Part shown: piece after piece, positions 49,470 to 63,500 of the stretch
How positions within the stretch are numbered: the stretch's first letter is position 1
How the letters are laid out: each line of letters begins with the position of its first letter
From: Vicugna vicugna
Taxonomy: Eukaryota
Assembly (NCBI GenBank): GCA_013265495.1
Contig: MU058009.1
Location: 4,406,739-4,470,738, forward strand
Length of the DNA: 64,000 nucleotides
Reading direction: 5' to 3'
The notes under the pieces: model-generated
What the model was told of the DNA's origin: nothing
Database searches by the model: none
The model's input: only the letters and a program-made list of their open reading frames with translations
Made by a program: the position numbers and the translations under genes

Positions 49470-51175
49470 CTGGGGGGACAGACAGGCGGAAACAGGCGAG
49501 AAACTGTGAAACCAGGGCCCTGACTGCATTCCTGTCCAGAGCTTACAGGAGAAAGAGTACAAAGAGCCATCAAAAACGGGTTTGATTCAAAAAAAATTAA
49601 GAAAAAGGGGGGGGGGGTTTGAACACCAAGCCAAGGATGATAGACACTGGGTTGGCCTCAACATTTGGCGCTGGAAGAAAGAAACTCCCTGCTTGAGGGT
49701 TGAATCAATGCATTTTTGTCCGCGTGACTTTAACTTTTTAGACTACTTGCTAAAAGGGGCCCCGTTAGTTTCCTGGTGGGACTATTATGAGGCTTCACTA
49801 AGAAAGCACATGTGAAACACCACAGCGCGTTACTACGCTTTGATGGTTTCTTGAAGAGAATCGTCACGATCAGTAATACAATAAAAGCGAGGGGATGACG
49901 TGAGGGCGTCTAGCACGGGCGTGCCAACTTGTCACTACGCAGCGGTGCCTTTGCAGGCGGAACACAGCCGGCCGACCACCTGTGGGAGGAACAGGTGACC
50001 TCTTAACACTTTAACACAAACAGGCACGAGGCAGCGGTAGGTTTCAAACTGTCCTGGAGGAGGCGGGTCGGGGGCGAGGAATGAAAAGCCCTTCTTGCTC
50101 CGGGGCAAGTGTTCGGAAAACTCTTGCAAACAAAGTTAACCTGCGAGCCCCGAAGGACAGACCCCTGGTGACCTCGCCCCACAGTGAAAAGCCAGCGCTG
50201 ACGTGGGTTGAATACCCGGCTTCCTGGGACGTTCTGATGGCCGTATTCTCAGGTGCTCACGAAGCTTGCAACTCATAGAACATCCTGGGTCTGCAGAGGC
50301 CGCATGGCTTGCAACGGCCAAGAGAGGGGAAGCAACAGAGTGCTTCACACAGAATGGGGGTCGCTGCGACCACACCACCTCACTGAGGGAGAAAATGAAT
50401 TTCAAGTCTTTCTATCAATTAAGTGGATCTTGAATTTCAATTTGCAAGTAAATCCTTGTGAGACATTTTGTGTATGTGTATATATGTACGTACATACATA
50501 TACATGCATACAGGGAGAGATTTGGACGTGGGGGTCCAGCGTGGCACCGGGCCTTCTGTGTTGCTAGCAAGTGTCCCAGCGCGCCCGCGCCGCTGGCCTG
50601 GGGCGCACGCTCTGGTCGCTGAGGCTGCGCGGCCCCACCCGCGCTGCCAACGGCCTGCAGCCCACACCTGGTTCCCCAGGGCTCTGGGCCTGTGGACAGC
50701 TGGTCGGCCCCGTTTCCTGAGTGCCCCTCCTGTTGGGACCCTCTCTCTGGAGGGCAGAGCTTCACAGGGCACATCCAGGCTGGACCCTTGAAGGTCAAGT
50801 TTCCTCTGAGTCTTCACGATCTTACAGTAAAACGTGCATTCACTCAAACACAGTTTCCTTTGCTAGGAAAGGCTGTTGAGCAGCCTCCCCACCTCGAGCC
50901 CATGGAAGGGGGCCAACATGCCGTTCTCTTCACTGCTTTGAGTACCAGGTGAGAGTTTTAAAGCAGAACAAATCTAGTTTGCTAAATGCCTGGAGACCCG
51001 GGAAACTGCAGGGTTGAAGGCCTTCCTCGCCCTCCCCAGGTCTGGCGGCCGCGTGAAATCCTGAGTCTGCTGCCGACAACGTTTGCATCCTCTTTGCTGC
51101 CAGGAAGGCCGGCGGCTGACCACGGGGCAGAGGGAGGAGGACAGGGGCAGGACAGGAGGGGGAGGGGGAGGGCGC

Positions 51176-51818
51176 TCATACGACAGGAGGGAGGGGGCCG
51201 GCACAGCCACTAAGGGAACCGCGCAGCCATGAGCACCGAGGTGGTGGGAGGTCTGGCTCCCAGGAGATCCTGACCTTCATCCTATGCTCATCGTAACACA
51301 CGGTCATGGGAAATGGCCCTCCCACAGGCGCCGTGGCAGCTCTGAGCTGACCATAAAGGGTCACAAAGTGGGTGACGGCCCAGTTCATGGGGACCCCAGC
51401 CTCTTCCTGAAAGTAGCTGGCCTAACCCTCCCACTTGTGAGCACGTGACGTCACTGGGCCCATGAAGAGTACACACCCCCACACCTCACGGCCCATCTCA
51501 CCTTCCTAGACGCCCCCGCGCTGAGGCCGCCACCTCTCACCTGCCACGAGGGCCCACGCTCCGCCTGCGGAACGTGCATCTCCTAGGCCTGTGGCTCTCT
51601 CTGGCCTTCGGAGACGGCCCGCACGCTGTCTGTGGAGCGTGCATCTCTCTGAATAAACCCACCGTCACTCTACAACGGCTCGCTCCTGAATTCTTCCCCG
51701 TGTGAAGCCAAGGACCCTCACTCAACAGGGTGCATCCCAGGGACTTGCCTGAGACCTGGGACCTGGGACCTGGGACCTGGGACCTGGCCGTCCTCTCACG
51801 CCCCATGTTCCTGTATCA
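51176..51818 (+). mobile_element. ERV1-class solo LTR (antisense to OPCML); boundaries approximate
   Basis: LTR layout with aataaa at about 51652, then gctcgctcctgaattcttccccgtgtgaagccaaggaccc (typical ERV1 R/U5), ending ...ttcctgtatca. Confidence 0.75.
51753..51787. repeat. (GACCTGG)5 perfect heptamer repeat inside the LTR U5
   Basis: gacctgg x5, read directly. Confidence 0.95.
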
Positions 51819-54800
51819 CACGGGGGTGAGAAAGGACAGAAAGGCAGACGGGGTGTAGGCAAGTTGCCCTCGGAATCACAGCAGATTCTGAAAACACATT
51901 CAAAAGGGATTTTTTTTAAAAAAGACTACAAGACTATAATTTTTTTTTCTGAGAAAACGTATGAAAGCAGGAGCTCCAGGGCTGCCCCCCAGTTCTGCTT
52001 CATGGTGACAAGTCCAGCCATGAGCCTGTCACCCGGAGGCGTGGGGGCGTGTGCTGCGCATTCAGACGGCCCCGACTGGCGCGACCGGAGACAGAAGCGA
52101 GTGGGCTCTGAATCCCTGGCAGAAATATATTAAAAAGCAGGGGCTCTTTTTCCCACAGAGGAGGCTTGGAAGGAGGCAGGTTCGATCCACTATATTAGCG
52201 AGACGAAGTTCTGCAAGGACACAAACGAGACATTTATCGGGGGCTGTGGGAGGTCCCTGGACCAAGACCCCCCGGGTGCAGGGTGCGTGCCTGGGGTTGG
52301 GCCGAGCCCGGTGGGCACGGGGGGCCTCCCTGCAGGGATGCACATCCTGGCGTGACAGTCACAGAACGTAGGGAGCAGGGTCGGCTCCGTCTCAGAAGCC
52401 CAAGGGCAGACCCACTCCTGGGGACCAAGGCTCCCTGGCCCCACCTGCTGTCCCAGATGCCCCCTGTGGGTATTTCACTCACCCCTGCCATGTGGAGGGG
52501 CTGGGCTGGGCGCTGTGGGCTGGAGAGGCAGCGGGAGGCCAGGGCCTTGACCGTGGGGAGCCCGCAGTCCATGGGCCTGGAACCGGGGGACTTGGCCTTT
52601 CCCTCCCCCAGGCTCCACTTCCATTCTTAACTGTTTTGAGGTCCCTCTAGTGAGGGACGGTGGGTTGGACTTGGGGGCTGGAGATGGAGGAGGCCCCGGG
52701 CATCGGGGATGAAGAGCGCGACGAGGAAGTCCAGGGAAGATCCGGGCCCTTCCAGACCCTCTTCCCCGCTCTCCCTTCGTGTCCTCTCCCTCTGCACCGG
52801 CTGTTTCTCAGCCGCCACTCCTGGCCCAATTGTCCCTTCCTTTCCTCAGCCAGTTCCTCAGAATTATCGAGCTGGAAGTACCCTGAAGGTCAACAGTTTC
52901 AGCCTTCCACCTTTTGGGAAAGTTGTCCCTGACAGACTCCCCCCCACCCCCGTGCGACGGTCCCCGGGGACAATTCCAGGCGCGGCCCGTTCCTGCGCTA
53001 GACTGTTCATGTTACCTGAGACCCTGTCCTCCCAAGGACCCAAGCCCTGCCTGGCCCCTCCCTCGGGAAGGACTAAAATTCGCCAGCGAGGTGCCCGGCC
53101 GCTCCATCCTTCCTCATCAGCCACCGAAAGCGCCGCTCTGTCTGGGGAAGATGCTCTGTGAGGTGAAAGGTTAGCACCTGTCACAGCTTCTGCCAGGGGA
53201 CCTGTCAGGGGTGAGTCACAGTGACACAGGCCAGGGGCAGGCGCCAGGGGGAAGGGGGTGGGAGGGGGTGAGAAGGTCAGGAGGCGCCGGCACAGGGACG
53301 AGAGGGCTTGGGGAAGAAAGGCCCGAGGAAGCAGAGCTCGGGTGAGTGAGGAAGGACGTGGCCAGAAGGAAGCCAGGGGGGCGGGGAGCGTGGGTCACTC
53401 AGGGGCCGTGGGCGCGCGGGGCAGGGCTTCTGAAAAGACAAGAAATGAGTGCCCTGCTGCCCAGCCAAAGGCGCTCCTGTAGACCATTGCTACTGGTGCT
53501 GGCCTTGGACCTGGAATCAGATGCCCAGAGGACCATGTGCACCTGCCAACCTGCGAGGCTCCGTGATCGACCTTGGAGAATAGATGGTCTCTTGCCCATT
53601 CGCCAAAGCTGGGCAGCCGGTCACACTATCAAAGAACTGGCTTTACTCCTGTAAGGAAGGTGCTGTGTGCTTAGAAAAAAGTGCGGGTTGATCGGCATGT
53701 TGTGTACTTGCTGGAAATCCTGCCTTCAGGGTCTGGAGCCGGACAAGGCCAAGGAAAGGAAGTGTCGGAAGCGGGCCCCTCCCTCTGCTTCTGTGCCCTC
53801 GAGGTGCCCAGGACAAGGTAGGGGTGTGTGCCCAGACCCTGCCGCTCAGCCCTCCCTCTCTCCAGGATTCTGGCCAGGAGACACCATCACCATCACCATC
53901 ACATATAGTGAGTCACCAGCAGGTCAGAGCGGCAGCCTCCCTGCTGTCGAGCTGGCCTGCAGGCTGGGCTTGGCGTCCGAGAGGACAGGGCTCCTGGCCT
54001 TCTCCCTCTGGACTCAGGACAGCTGGGCACGTGCAGTGGGAGGACTCAGCTCCAGGACTGACCACAGGCCGGAAACTGGACCTGAGAGCAAGGGCTGCCT
54101 TGACGGAGAGTCCAGGGTTGGCAGGACCTCCGGGACCCAAGCGAGTGGACCAGGAGGGGAGGGTGATGGAACCAGCCTCCCTTGTGGGCAGGCAGTGGCC
54201 TTCTCCCTGCTTCCCCAGGTCCACGGCTGTCTGAGCAAACCCCCTTTCCATCATACTGGTCACCCACCTCCCACGGTGGGGGCAGGAGCGAGGGCACGGA
54301 GGAGCGAGCACAGGGGCGCTACCTGCCCCTGTCTGGAATCCACAGGCTGGGAATAGGGTCCCCTCTTCCTCCAGCTCCCCTGGCATCCTCTCCATCACAT
54401 ACCCCCAGACACCAGAGCCTCCTTCTTTCCCAAGACAGAAACCTCGGAACATGCCTGAGTTTGGAATGGGGGCAGGCGTCTGAGCTGGGGACTGGGTGGC
54501 CCTGCGCTGTTAGCCCTTGCTGCCCGTGCGACTTCACCGCTCTCTCAACTGTAAGCACGTCGAGAAGGAGTCACGTCCGCCGCTTTTTGGTCCCCTGGTG
54601 CGTCCATGCAGGCTAAAATATGGGGTTTGTTCACGCTCTGTGTGACGGCTGGGGTTTGTGAACCCCGAGTCCCCCACAACTCTCCCCCCTTTCAGCCTTC
54701 TCTCCTCTGCACACCCACCTCCCCGCCCTGGCCTCTCCTCAGAACCCTGCCGGCCACGAGCAACCTGGGCCCCCTCCTTAATTAAACCTGGACGCGGACA

Positions 54801-57800
54801 GCAGCCCAGCCCTTCCTTGCCTGCTCCCAGCCCCGGAGACACCCCCTCAGCACAAGGCAGGGCGTGACAGACCCACCACTTCATGCCCCGTGATTAACAC
54901 GAGCACCCGAGTTGCGCTGAAGCCGCCTGGTTTGGGTCAGAGCCTCCGAGTGGACATCTTACTTGCTGGTGGTGACAGAAGCTCTCTGTCTTGGGGTCTG
55001 AAAACTTTTCTCAGGCTGGGGCCGCTGGGACCTTCCCCACGGGAGGGGTGGCCTGCCCCACCCAGGCAGGCTTGCGGGCGGCCTTCCCGGCGGCTGAAGT
55101 GAGCTGGCCGGTGACAGGGTCAGCGTGCCACTGGGAGGGTGGACTGGGCTTCCAGTGGGGCCGGGGGGGTGGGCTGCTGGGGGGCCCTGCTGAGATCCCT
55201 GGCGGTGGTGAGTCTCCCAAATCTTTCCCTGCTATTGACGGGACTGCAGAGGGGGACACAGATGGGAAGGACCCTGGTGACTCACGCAGAAGGACTGTCC
55301 AGAAGGACAGACTGACACACTGGGCTCTCTTTCTCGGGGGGACAGAAGCCAAGACAGAGGGGACGTGAGGACGGGCGGGGCAGGGGCGGGATGGGGGACA
55401 TGGAGGAGTGCCCTGCAGGGAGGCCCGGGAGGCAGGGTGGGCCAGCACGGCTGCCCCGGGGACAGGGAAGGGCCGCCCGGGGGCACTGGAAAGCCAGAGC
55501 CTGGGCTCCTGCTCAGCCTGGCTGGGCTGGCCGGGGGCCCTGCCTCAGCTTCGTCCCAAACCTCCTCGGGGACTGCCACCCACAGCCAGGAGGACAGCGC
55601 AGTCAGCGTGGCGAGGACTCCTGTGGCCCCTCTCTCCCAGAGCCCCGTTCCACGGGTGGGCTGCCGGCCCTCTTCGGCTGAGAAGGCGCTCGGGCCCAGC
55701 AGCCAGCAAGCCTGCGCACTGGGCCTTCTGCGGACGGTCGCCGGCCTCCATGAAGGACCTACATCCGTCGTGTCCATAGGAGGTGCCGGAAACGGGCCCC
55801 TGGCGCAGCGGCAGGCAACGACAGCCGGGGCTGGCGGGGCCCTGCCGACCGCCCTTCCTCGGCCCGCAGTGGCCAGGGAGGCCCGGGCCCCCAGCGGGGC
55901 GTGAAGGCCGGGGCAGCCTCTTCCCAAAGCAGAGAAGACGTGCGTTCAGCTTGGTGTCATGTACGTTCTCTTCCTCAGATGGGTTCAGTGGGTGGGGATT
56001 CTTGGAATCTAGACGATACTGTTGACCCAGAGGGAGGGGACCTGAGTGAGTGACAGAGTCAGGGTCCCCGAGAGGACGTGACACGCTCCCCTTGAGAGAA
56101 AGTTCAGGGTGTGCGCCAGAGGGAGAGGACAGGAGGGGGGCGCAGGCAGGCAGGCGGGCAGAGACAGACAGACAGGGAGGGACGGCGCGGAGGAGGACGC
56201 AGAAAGCGGAAAGCCAGGATTCCACACCCAGGCGGGCAGACGGCTGAGGACAGACGCCTACATCCATTTGGAGAACAGGTTGGTCTCTCTGGATTAAAGA
56301 CGGAGCTGACACTTAACATTCTAAAAAGCGCTAACTATGAACAGACACAAACAGTTCAGACCAAAACACAGAGGCTGAAGGAAAAACAAAGCAAAACAGA
56401 AAAAGACTTTCAAAAGCAGAGCTTGAACAGCAATGTTATTTACAAAACGTTCGGGGCATTTGAAGCGTCTTCACTAATCTCGTTGTCTTCCTCTGTTATC
56501 ACTGTTACCTGTACTCTGAACCCACAGGGTTATTTCTGTGCTAACAATGACAAAGTGCAATGCAGTCTGTGCTTTGGTCTAAATAAACTGCTGCTTTAAA
56601 AAGTGCTGCCGAAGGCACTGAACAGAGACTGCTTCCTCCACGCACACAGGTCCTCAGCGAGCGCGGCCCGGCCTTGCCGGCGTGAGCGCGAGCAGGCCGG
56701 ACCCGGGCCCCAGGCCCGTTCCTCAAAGGAGACCAGACTAGGGACGGATGGAGATGCCGCCGTGCATCCGGCCAGTGGGCGTCCAGCACCACAGTTCCCC
56801 GAGGGCACTTTGGAAAACTGACTTCTGAGCACACAGCAGACCTTCAGGGCCAGAATCTGCTGGGGGCAAGTGGCTCCAAAAGCTTCACATTATGTCTAAT
56901 AACAGAGCAACATCAGAGCAAATGCTTGGCCTCTTGCTTGCCTTTGGGGGAGTTAAAACTTTCCTTCCACATCACCCGCGATGGCTCCGACCCCTGGGGA
57001 TCGTGGATTTGCAGAGTAATGCCCAGAAAGCTGGTTGTTTTTATAGGCAGGTGACCTCACGGTCAGGTTTGTCCGGACAGCCAGCTCTCAGCAGACACCA
57101 GCTTTCCTTCTGGTCTCAGCAGTGTGCTTGGGTGTTAGTCCGCGCAGCCCCAGTATTTCCCTCCCAGGGAAAGTCCTGGCCACCAAGTGGGACCAAAGGC
57201 AGTGATCTGGTCCCCACATGGGGCGTGGTCCTCGGCTGTCGAGCTCTGTGGGACGAGGGTCAGCGTGGCCCCGAGCACTAAGCTCTCCTGGGGCTCCGGG
57301 CGCACCAGCCGAGTCTTCTCTGGGAGGACAGAGCAGAGGGCAGCCTGGAGCTGGAGCCGCCCAGGGCGGGGTCGGCGCTGCAGCCCCCAGGGAGGAAGCC
57401 CAGCTGGGGCTCGAAGGCCTGAGTCCCAGCGTTCAGACGCCGGGCCTGCGCCTTCTGGACGGCCTGGCGCCCTGTGAAGCAGCCCGGTTGAAGCTGCTGG
57501 GGAGCAGCGGTTGGGAGGCAGAGTGCAGGCCGGTGTCTGCGGACAACGCCAGGATGCAGGCTGACCCCTCCTCCTCTCTCCTCCCTTCCCTCTCCTCCTT
57601 TCCCGTCACCCTCGCCCCACGTCAGTTCCCGGCACGCGGCTGCGCGGCAGTGGTCCTCGCCAGCTGTGCTCAGACACTCACAGTAGCTTCCAGGCAGGGG
57701 AGCCGCCAAGCCAAGAGCACCTGGCGTGCAGGCCACGCCGGAGGCCCTGCACACATCACAGCGCATGCGGCCTGGGCTCCCGAGCGTCCCGGGGAGGTGG

Positions 57801-59439
57801 CTTCACCCCAGTGCTCAGCGCTTGGGCATGCCGGGCGGAGTGGGTTAGGGGCCGTGTGCGCAGCAGCCTCTGCCCGGGGCAGGAGCACGTCACGTCACGG
57901 GGGTCTCTTTGGAAACTGCCTTGTCGTGGACCCTCGTACCTGCACCTCGTGCCGTTGCAGGCAAGTCCACGTCCCTCCTACCATCCAGCCTGGCCTCTTA
58001 CTGAGCCGGACTCTCACCAAAGGCGTCTGTCTTCCTGGCCTCGTCACCATGGAAGCCACATCACACACGGCCTCCTACGGCTCCGAGCCGGTGATGAGAG
58101 TAAGCGGGGAAGCCGCTGCAGCAGAGGTCAGCGCCCTGGGGCCTGGCTTCCGCTTTGCCACTAACGTGCTGCGTGATTCTGAGTCCGCGGTTTTAGCTTG
58201 CCCAGCCCTGGCTCCTCTCCCTCCCTATCGAGTAAAACAGTTGTCCCCGATGGTCTCCAAGGCCGCCTGCGGAATTGCGTAACCTAGCGAGCCCGTCCGC
58301 ACCCAGGAGGCCTGAAGACGGCCCAGGCCCGGAACCTGATGAGCACGCGGGGACGGGCAGAGGTCCAGCCCGGGGCCTGCGGCCGCTGACCCCTAAGCAG
58401 ACAGAAGCAGCTCTCTGCAGCCGCCCGCCCGCGCTCTGTCTGGGGTCTGGACAGACAGACACGAGACTGGAGACGCCGTGCGATTCCGAGATGGCTCCCA
58501 TCTGTCACCGGGCTGCGGCTGCTTGGGGACGGGCAGGAGAGGGGTTTGACAGTTATGAAGGACCGTGTGTGGCTGTGGGTAACGCCTTGTATTAATGGAG
58601 GAAATTAATTATTGCCTTTCCCTTCCAAGACTCCTGTTCATGCAGATTTTGACAAGTAGCTGTTTTTCCCTCCCCTCGATGGGCAGGTTGGAAGAATGTC
58701 TTACAGACATAACTCAGCATCCACTATATGGTTCCAGGCCCGTTGGCGTGGGGCCGAGGGGCTGCTCCAAATGCAGCAAAACGCTCCTCTCCATCTTTCT
58801 GCCCGCCTGCCCGCCCACCCGCCGCACCGCTGCTGCCTTCCCTGCAAACACCCCCTCGTCCTTATATGGTCACCACCCAGGCTCTGCTCTCTGGCTGGGA
58901 AGGATTTGGGCAGTGAGAGTCCGAGGAGTCCTGGGCTTTCCTACTGGCTCAGATTGGTTTGTCAGTTTTGGTTTTGTTACCTCGGGAGGCAAGGAGCCCC
59001 AGCCTTCTTGACAAACGAGGACAAGAATATGAAAGAGAAGAGAATTGTAAGGGTGGCTGGGTTCCGAGGGGCCAGCCTGGATCGAAGGATCTTGGACAGA
59101 AGCGGGGAGGGCAGGAGGGGCTGTGGTACCCACACCGCACAGGGCAGGGGCCTGGAGCCCACAGGTGGCAGGTGGCGGGGCAGGTGGGGCCGCCCACAGA
59201 GGGACATTCTGAGAACCGGCCGGGAAGGAGGGTGTTGGCCACCCTGCCGTGTGGCCCCGAGCTTTCTTAACTTCCACTCAGCCCTAGAGGGTGGGTCCAT
59301 CAGTTTCACAGCACTGTACCTAGGCAGCAAGTCCGGGGGTGACACACCAAATCAATAAAAGGAAGGCCCAAAACACCCCATTATCCCAGTGGACGCAGAC
59401 AGCGAGTCCTGGAATGAACGGAAGTAACAGTGCAGTGTG

Positions 59440-60300
59440 TGTCTCACTCTGCGTGTTATACCCACGCGAGCACCCAGATACACGCGTGGCGTGCACGCGC
59501 GACAGGAGAGGAACCCTCAGCAGAGAAAGTAAAATGCTGAGCCCTCACGGTTCTGACCCAACTCTCGCTGGTGGGCTCTCCCCACAACAAGCAATTCAAC
59601 ATCAGCTGGGTGTCCCGCAGTTCAACCTGATTCTGACACGACCTACCTGGAGATCCTACATGATTGTCCCCGACTCCCAGTTTCAGATGCCAACTGCAGG
59701 GTGGGTTGTCACCTGTGCTTCTGACTGACTGGCTCCAGATCTGAGGTGCCCACGACCCCTCCTGGGGTTTATTAATTTGCTATAGTGGCTCACAATGCGC
59801 AGAGAGATCACCAGTTTATTACAAAAGATGTATTTCGGAAACAGCCAACTGGAAGACTTGTGAGGAGCAAGGTGCAGAGAAGCCGAGGCAGGGCCTCTGT
59901 GCCCACCGAGTCTCCACTGTCCCTGCACCTCCACATGTTCACAGACACGGAGGCTCCCTGAACCCTGGGCTTTTTTTTTTCCTCTTTGGTTTTAATGGCA
60001 GATTCATTATGTAGCATGATTGAAACACTGACCATTGGTGATTGAACTCAATCTCCATCCAGCCCTGGCCCCTCCCAGGAGGTGACAGTGGGACGGGGGA
60101 GACTGAAAGTTCCATGAAAATTCCAACCGGATAATCACAGGATTCGCCAGCTCCCACGCCCTGCAAGCAGCCACCATCCCTCAGTGCCATCCCCAGATTG
60201 CCACATAAACATCACAAGAGACACCTCTTCACTCGCCACAGAAACTAGGTGCCAGGAACTGGACAAGGGCCAGACATTTCTTCTCATGAATCCCAGTATC
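59440..60300 (-). mobile_element. MER21-like ERVL LTR
   Basis: cagctgggtgtcc...attctgacacgacctacctggagat...cagatgccaa...ttgtcacctgtgcttctgac...attaatttgctatagtggctcaca...tgccaggaac...cagtatca is the antisense MER21 pattern. Confidence 0.8.
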
Positions 60301-60329
60301 AGAGCCGTTCTTTTCAAACTTCGGAAATC

Positions 60330-60430
60330 TCTGACTCTGTGTGCATGTGAGTAAGTTACTTACCAACTGCCTTGGGTTTCCTGTTTCATCACCGGTAATA
60401 ACTAAGGGTTAGATTAGATTATTTCTAAAA
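60330..60430 (+). mobile_element. MIR fragment
   Basis: tgtgagtaagttacttacc...ttgggtttcctgtttcatc. Confidence 0.55.
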
Positions 60431-60507
60431 AGTGTTAGCGCTCATATTTGATAATCAACAGCTGGCTGAAAGAATAATGCGTTTCTTTCAACCACGGATT
60501 CGAAACC

Positions 60508-60540
60508 TGTGTGTGTGTGTGTGTGTGTGTGCGTGCGTGC
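60508..60540. repeat. (TG)n microsatellite with a (TGCG) tail
   Basis: tgtgtgtgtgtgtgtgtgtgtgtgcgtgcgtgc. Confidence 0.92.
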
Positions 60541-63500
60541 AAAGTATGGCAAAATAAGGACACCTCACCTTCAATCTCATGAGAAGAGACAAGGATATAA
60601 AAAAGCCCGGAGAGCGTTGGGCTTAGCAAATCAGAAGCCAATTCATCTTGAGAAGAAAACAAGTGATATTTACATTATTAAGTCGCCATTACAAAGCCAA
60701 TCAGCCGCAGAAGACAAGAGACCATTTCCATCAATTGCTACTGAACTGAACATAATGTTTCCATCACCTGCAGATTGTCGATGGAGGCTACAGCTCAGCC
60801 AGGAACGCTTCTATCACAGGGGATATTAATCAGGTAATAACTGTCGAATTGGCAAGGACACCGACGAGACGGTGGGGAAGCAGGCACAGAGACGGGGGAG
60901 GCAGCCGGGTCAATTCCTGAGACGCAGGGCCCCAGAGGAGGCCCGCGGTCAGCTCGCGCCCGGCTGTGCCCCCGCGGGTGGGGCTCTCACCCCAGAGAGC
61001 CAGCGTGTGAACAGGCGAAACAAGCCAGCAGCAGCGCCTGCTTGACAGTCCGCTTCTGTTCGGCTGCAGCAGGGCTGTGACGGCGCCCGGCTACTAGGGG
61101 GCCCGGACTTGGGGGTCTGGGGTGCCCCTGGCTGCTGGCTTTGTCAGGCCCCCCAGTCTACAGCCCTGCAAGTCTGGGTGGAAAGCACTGACCGATCGTC
61201 TCATCGGCACTGCCGCCTGTAGATTTGTGGAGGACATGGCACAAGAAAGACTTCTGGGTGCTCCTTTGTTGTGCTGGGGTGACAGTAAGGGTCGCCGTAA
61301 AAAGCCCCGTCAGCTCAGGGCCTGGCCAGGTTCTCTGTGTTCCAGCTCCCTCTTCCACCCGCTTGTGAACACTCCGGCCCTGCTGGGCTTCCCTGCCAGC
61401 GAGGACAGGCTCCCATCCCCCCAAAGCTGCCATGGGTTCGCTCCCTGCTTTGTAACACGACAGGCCGGCCTGCTGAGAAGCGGCGCTGTGAGCTGTGCTC
61501 AAAGCCGTCTCGAGCTGGAGGAGCGAGGGGCTTCTCTCCCGACCCCGAGAGCCAGGCGCTGCGAGCCCTGGACGCCTCGCCTCAGGATGGGTGGTGACTT
61601 CTGGGTCCTGGGGACTAAAGCAGTTGCTAGGCATGCAGAGGATGATGGCCATCCAGGCTTTTGTCTTATCGGAGCAGGAACACACACGGTCAGGCGCAGG
61701 GAGGTGGCCGCGAGCCCGCCCGGGGAAGGGGTCTGGGGCGAGGACAGAGCAGAGGGAGCAGGGGGCCGGCGCCCAGGGCTTTGGAGGGGTGTGGCCCAGC
61801 ATCCCTGCCCCTGGAACGGAGCGGGGTCTGTGGCTTGGTGTAACCAGTCCCACGGGCCTGAAGGCGCCCAGGGAGCAGGGCTGTTTCACACCCAATCAAG
61901 CCGCTCTCCGGGGAGCGCCGGCACCACCCTGTGGGAACCCCACCCCAGCGCGTAAATTGCTTCGTGACTGCAGGGACACATAATATCTGCACACAGCCAG
62001 CGCGCACACCGCCCAGAAACGATGTGGTTTCCACTCGAAAATGTCAATTTATTTTTTTTCCAGTAGGGTATAATAATCATGCTCCGACCTGGACCCAAAT
62101 AAACTTGTCAGGGACGGTGCACATAGCACCTGACTCACCCTCTTCCTGGGAGACGCTTGTAATTTTATGAACAGAGTGCAGCTCCATTATAACAGAAGGC
62201 GTCACATAAACTGGGATATATTCCAGGCCGAGCCCTTCTCCTCAAACATAACAGTGACGTTCTTAAACGGCCCCATCTAAACCCCGTGCTTCTGACACCA
62301 GCTCCAGAAAGGAGTTTCGCTGGGTTCTCTCACTTCATCTCTACTTGATACTAAACTCCCAGGACCACAGCATCTCTTCGTGCTGGAAATGATCACCCTT
62401 GTCAGGTGGGTGCCTTGGAAGTGTGGGCAAAGGAGGCTTCAGTGCACGGTGGGCAGCAGGGGTCCCCTGACTCAGCCATCTTGTTCCCAGAGAAATGCCC
62501 CAGGGGTGAGGGCTGGCCCCACCTGTGTTCCCATCCCTGGGGTTGCCCTTGGAGTACCTGAGGTCATTCTTGTGCACAGAACTCGTCGAGGGCTTGGGAG
62601 GGGTGGCAGGCACTAGCTGCCGTCTGGCCAGCGGGAAAGCGACTTCTCTCTGCATCACTCAGTGTCCGAGAGCCTGGGCCCCGCCCTGCTGAGAGCGTAT
62701 GTCACTCTGGCCGCAAAGGAACCTTTACCCCTTGTGGTTGTGGCCCCAGTCTTCAGTCACCCAAACACGGGGAGAAGGGAGTAAGAAGACCAAGGCTGGG
62801 TGGTTCCCTGCGAGCAGTAGTCACTTCCAACGGGGCAGAAACGAACAGGACCGGAGTGCTGAGAGCTGGGTCCCCCGTGGAGTCGGGACACCGGCTGCCC
62901 CAGGCAATCCCACATCAACGCCCAGGGTGGCGCGCACTCAGAGACTGCTCCTGCGGATGCTGGGCCCCTCGCCTCCACCAGGGACAATTCCAGGGCCCTC
63001 CCCGTGGGATGGGCCCAGACTCGAGTTACAGTAGCTGTTCCGCTCGCCTCTCCACCCACCGACCTGCTTCCTCACACCATCACGGCGCTGTCTCCAAGAG
63101 CTCTCCCCAGGACTCACATCTCACACTCAGAGGCTGCTTACTAGGGAAGCAGCCTACGGCATCCTGCGACGGTTCGAGAAACTGAGGCTCAGAACGGTTG
63201 CTCAGGGAGAAGTCAGTGAGGCTCTTCCCCCACATTGCAGTCCTCCTGCGGAGGAAGGGAAATCACTGCTACTGGGGCTCAGGGGAGGGCGGCACAGGGC
63301 CACTGGGACTTCCCCCAGCGCGGACTTCTCCGGCCAGACCACCGGTTTCAAAACCCACCCCAAACGTCTCAAGACAGGTGTTCTTTTACTTAGCAAATAC
63401 CAGTCGCCTCCTTTCTGCCAGGCACAGTTCTACGCGCGGGTCATGCAGGGGAACAGAGCAGACACTTCAGAGCTTGGATTCCAGCGAGGACAGCCAGTCA

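Noticed and set aside
53247-53268. Canonical G-quadruplex motif
   Set aside because: Many such G-runs occur across this GC-rich window; nothing singles this one out.
55581-55602. Partial REST/NRSE motif (ggacagcgc)
   Set aside because: Only the right half matches; the left half-site is poor.
57218-58282. 354-aa plus-strand ORF
   Set aside because: Ala/Gly/Pro/Ser-rich with no recognisable domain. Long ORFs are expected by chance in GC-rich DNA, where stop codons are scarce, and this one lies antisense within an OPCML intron.
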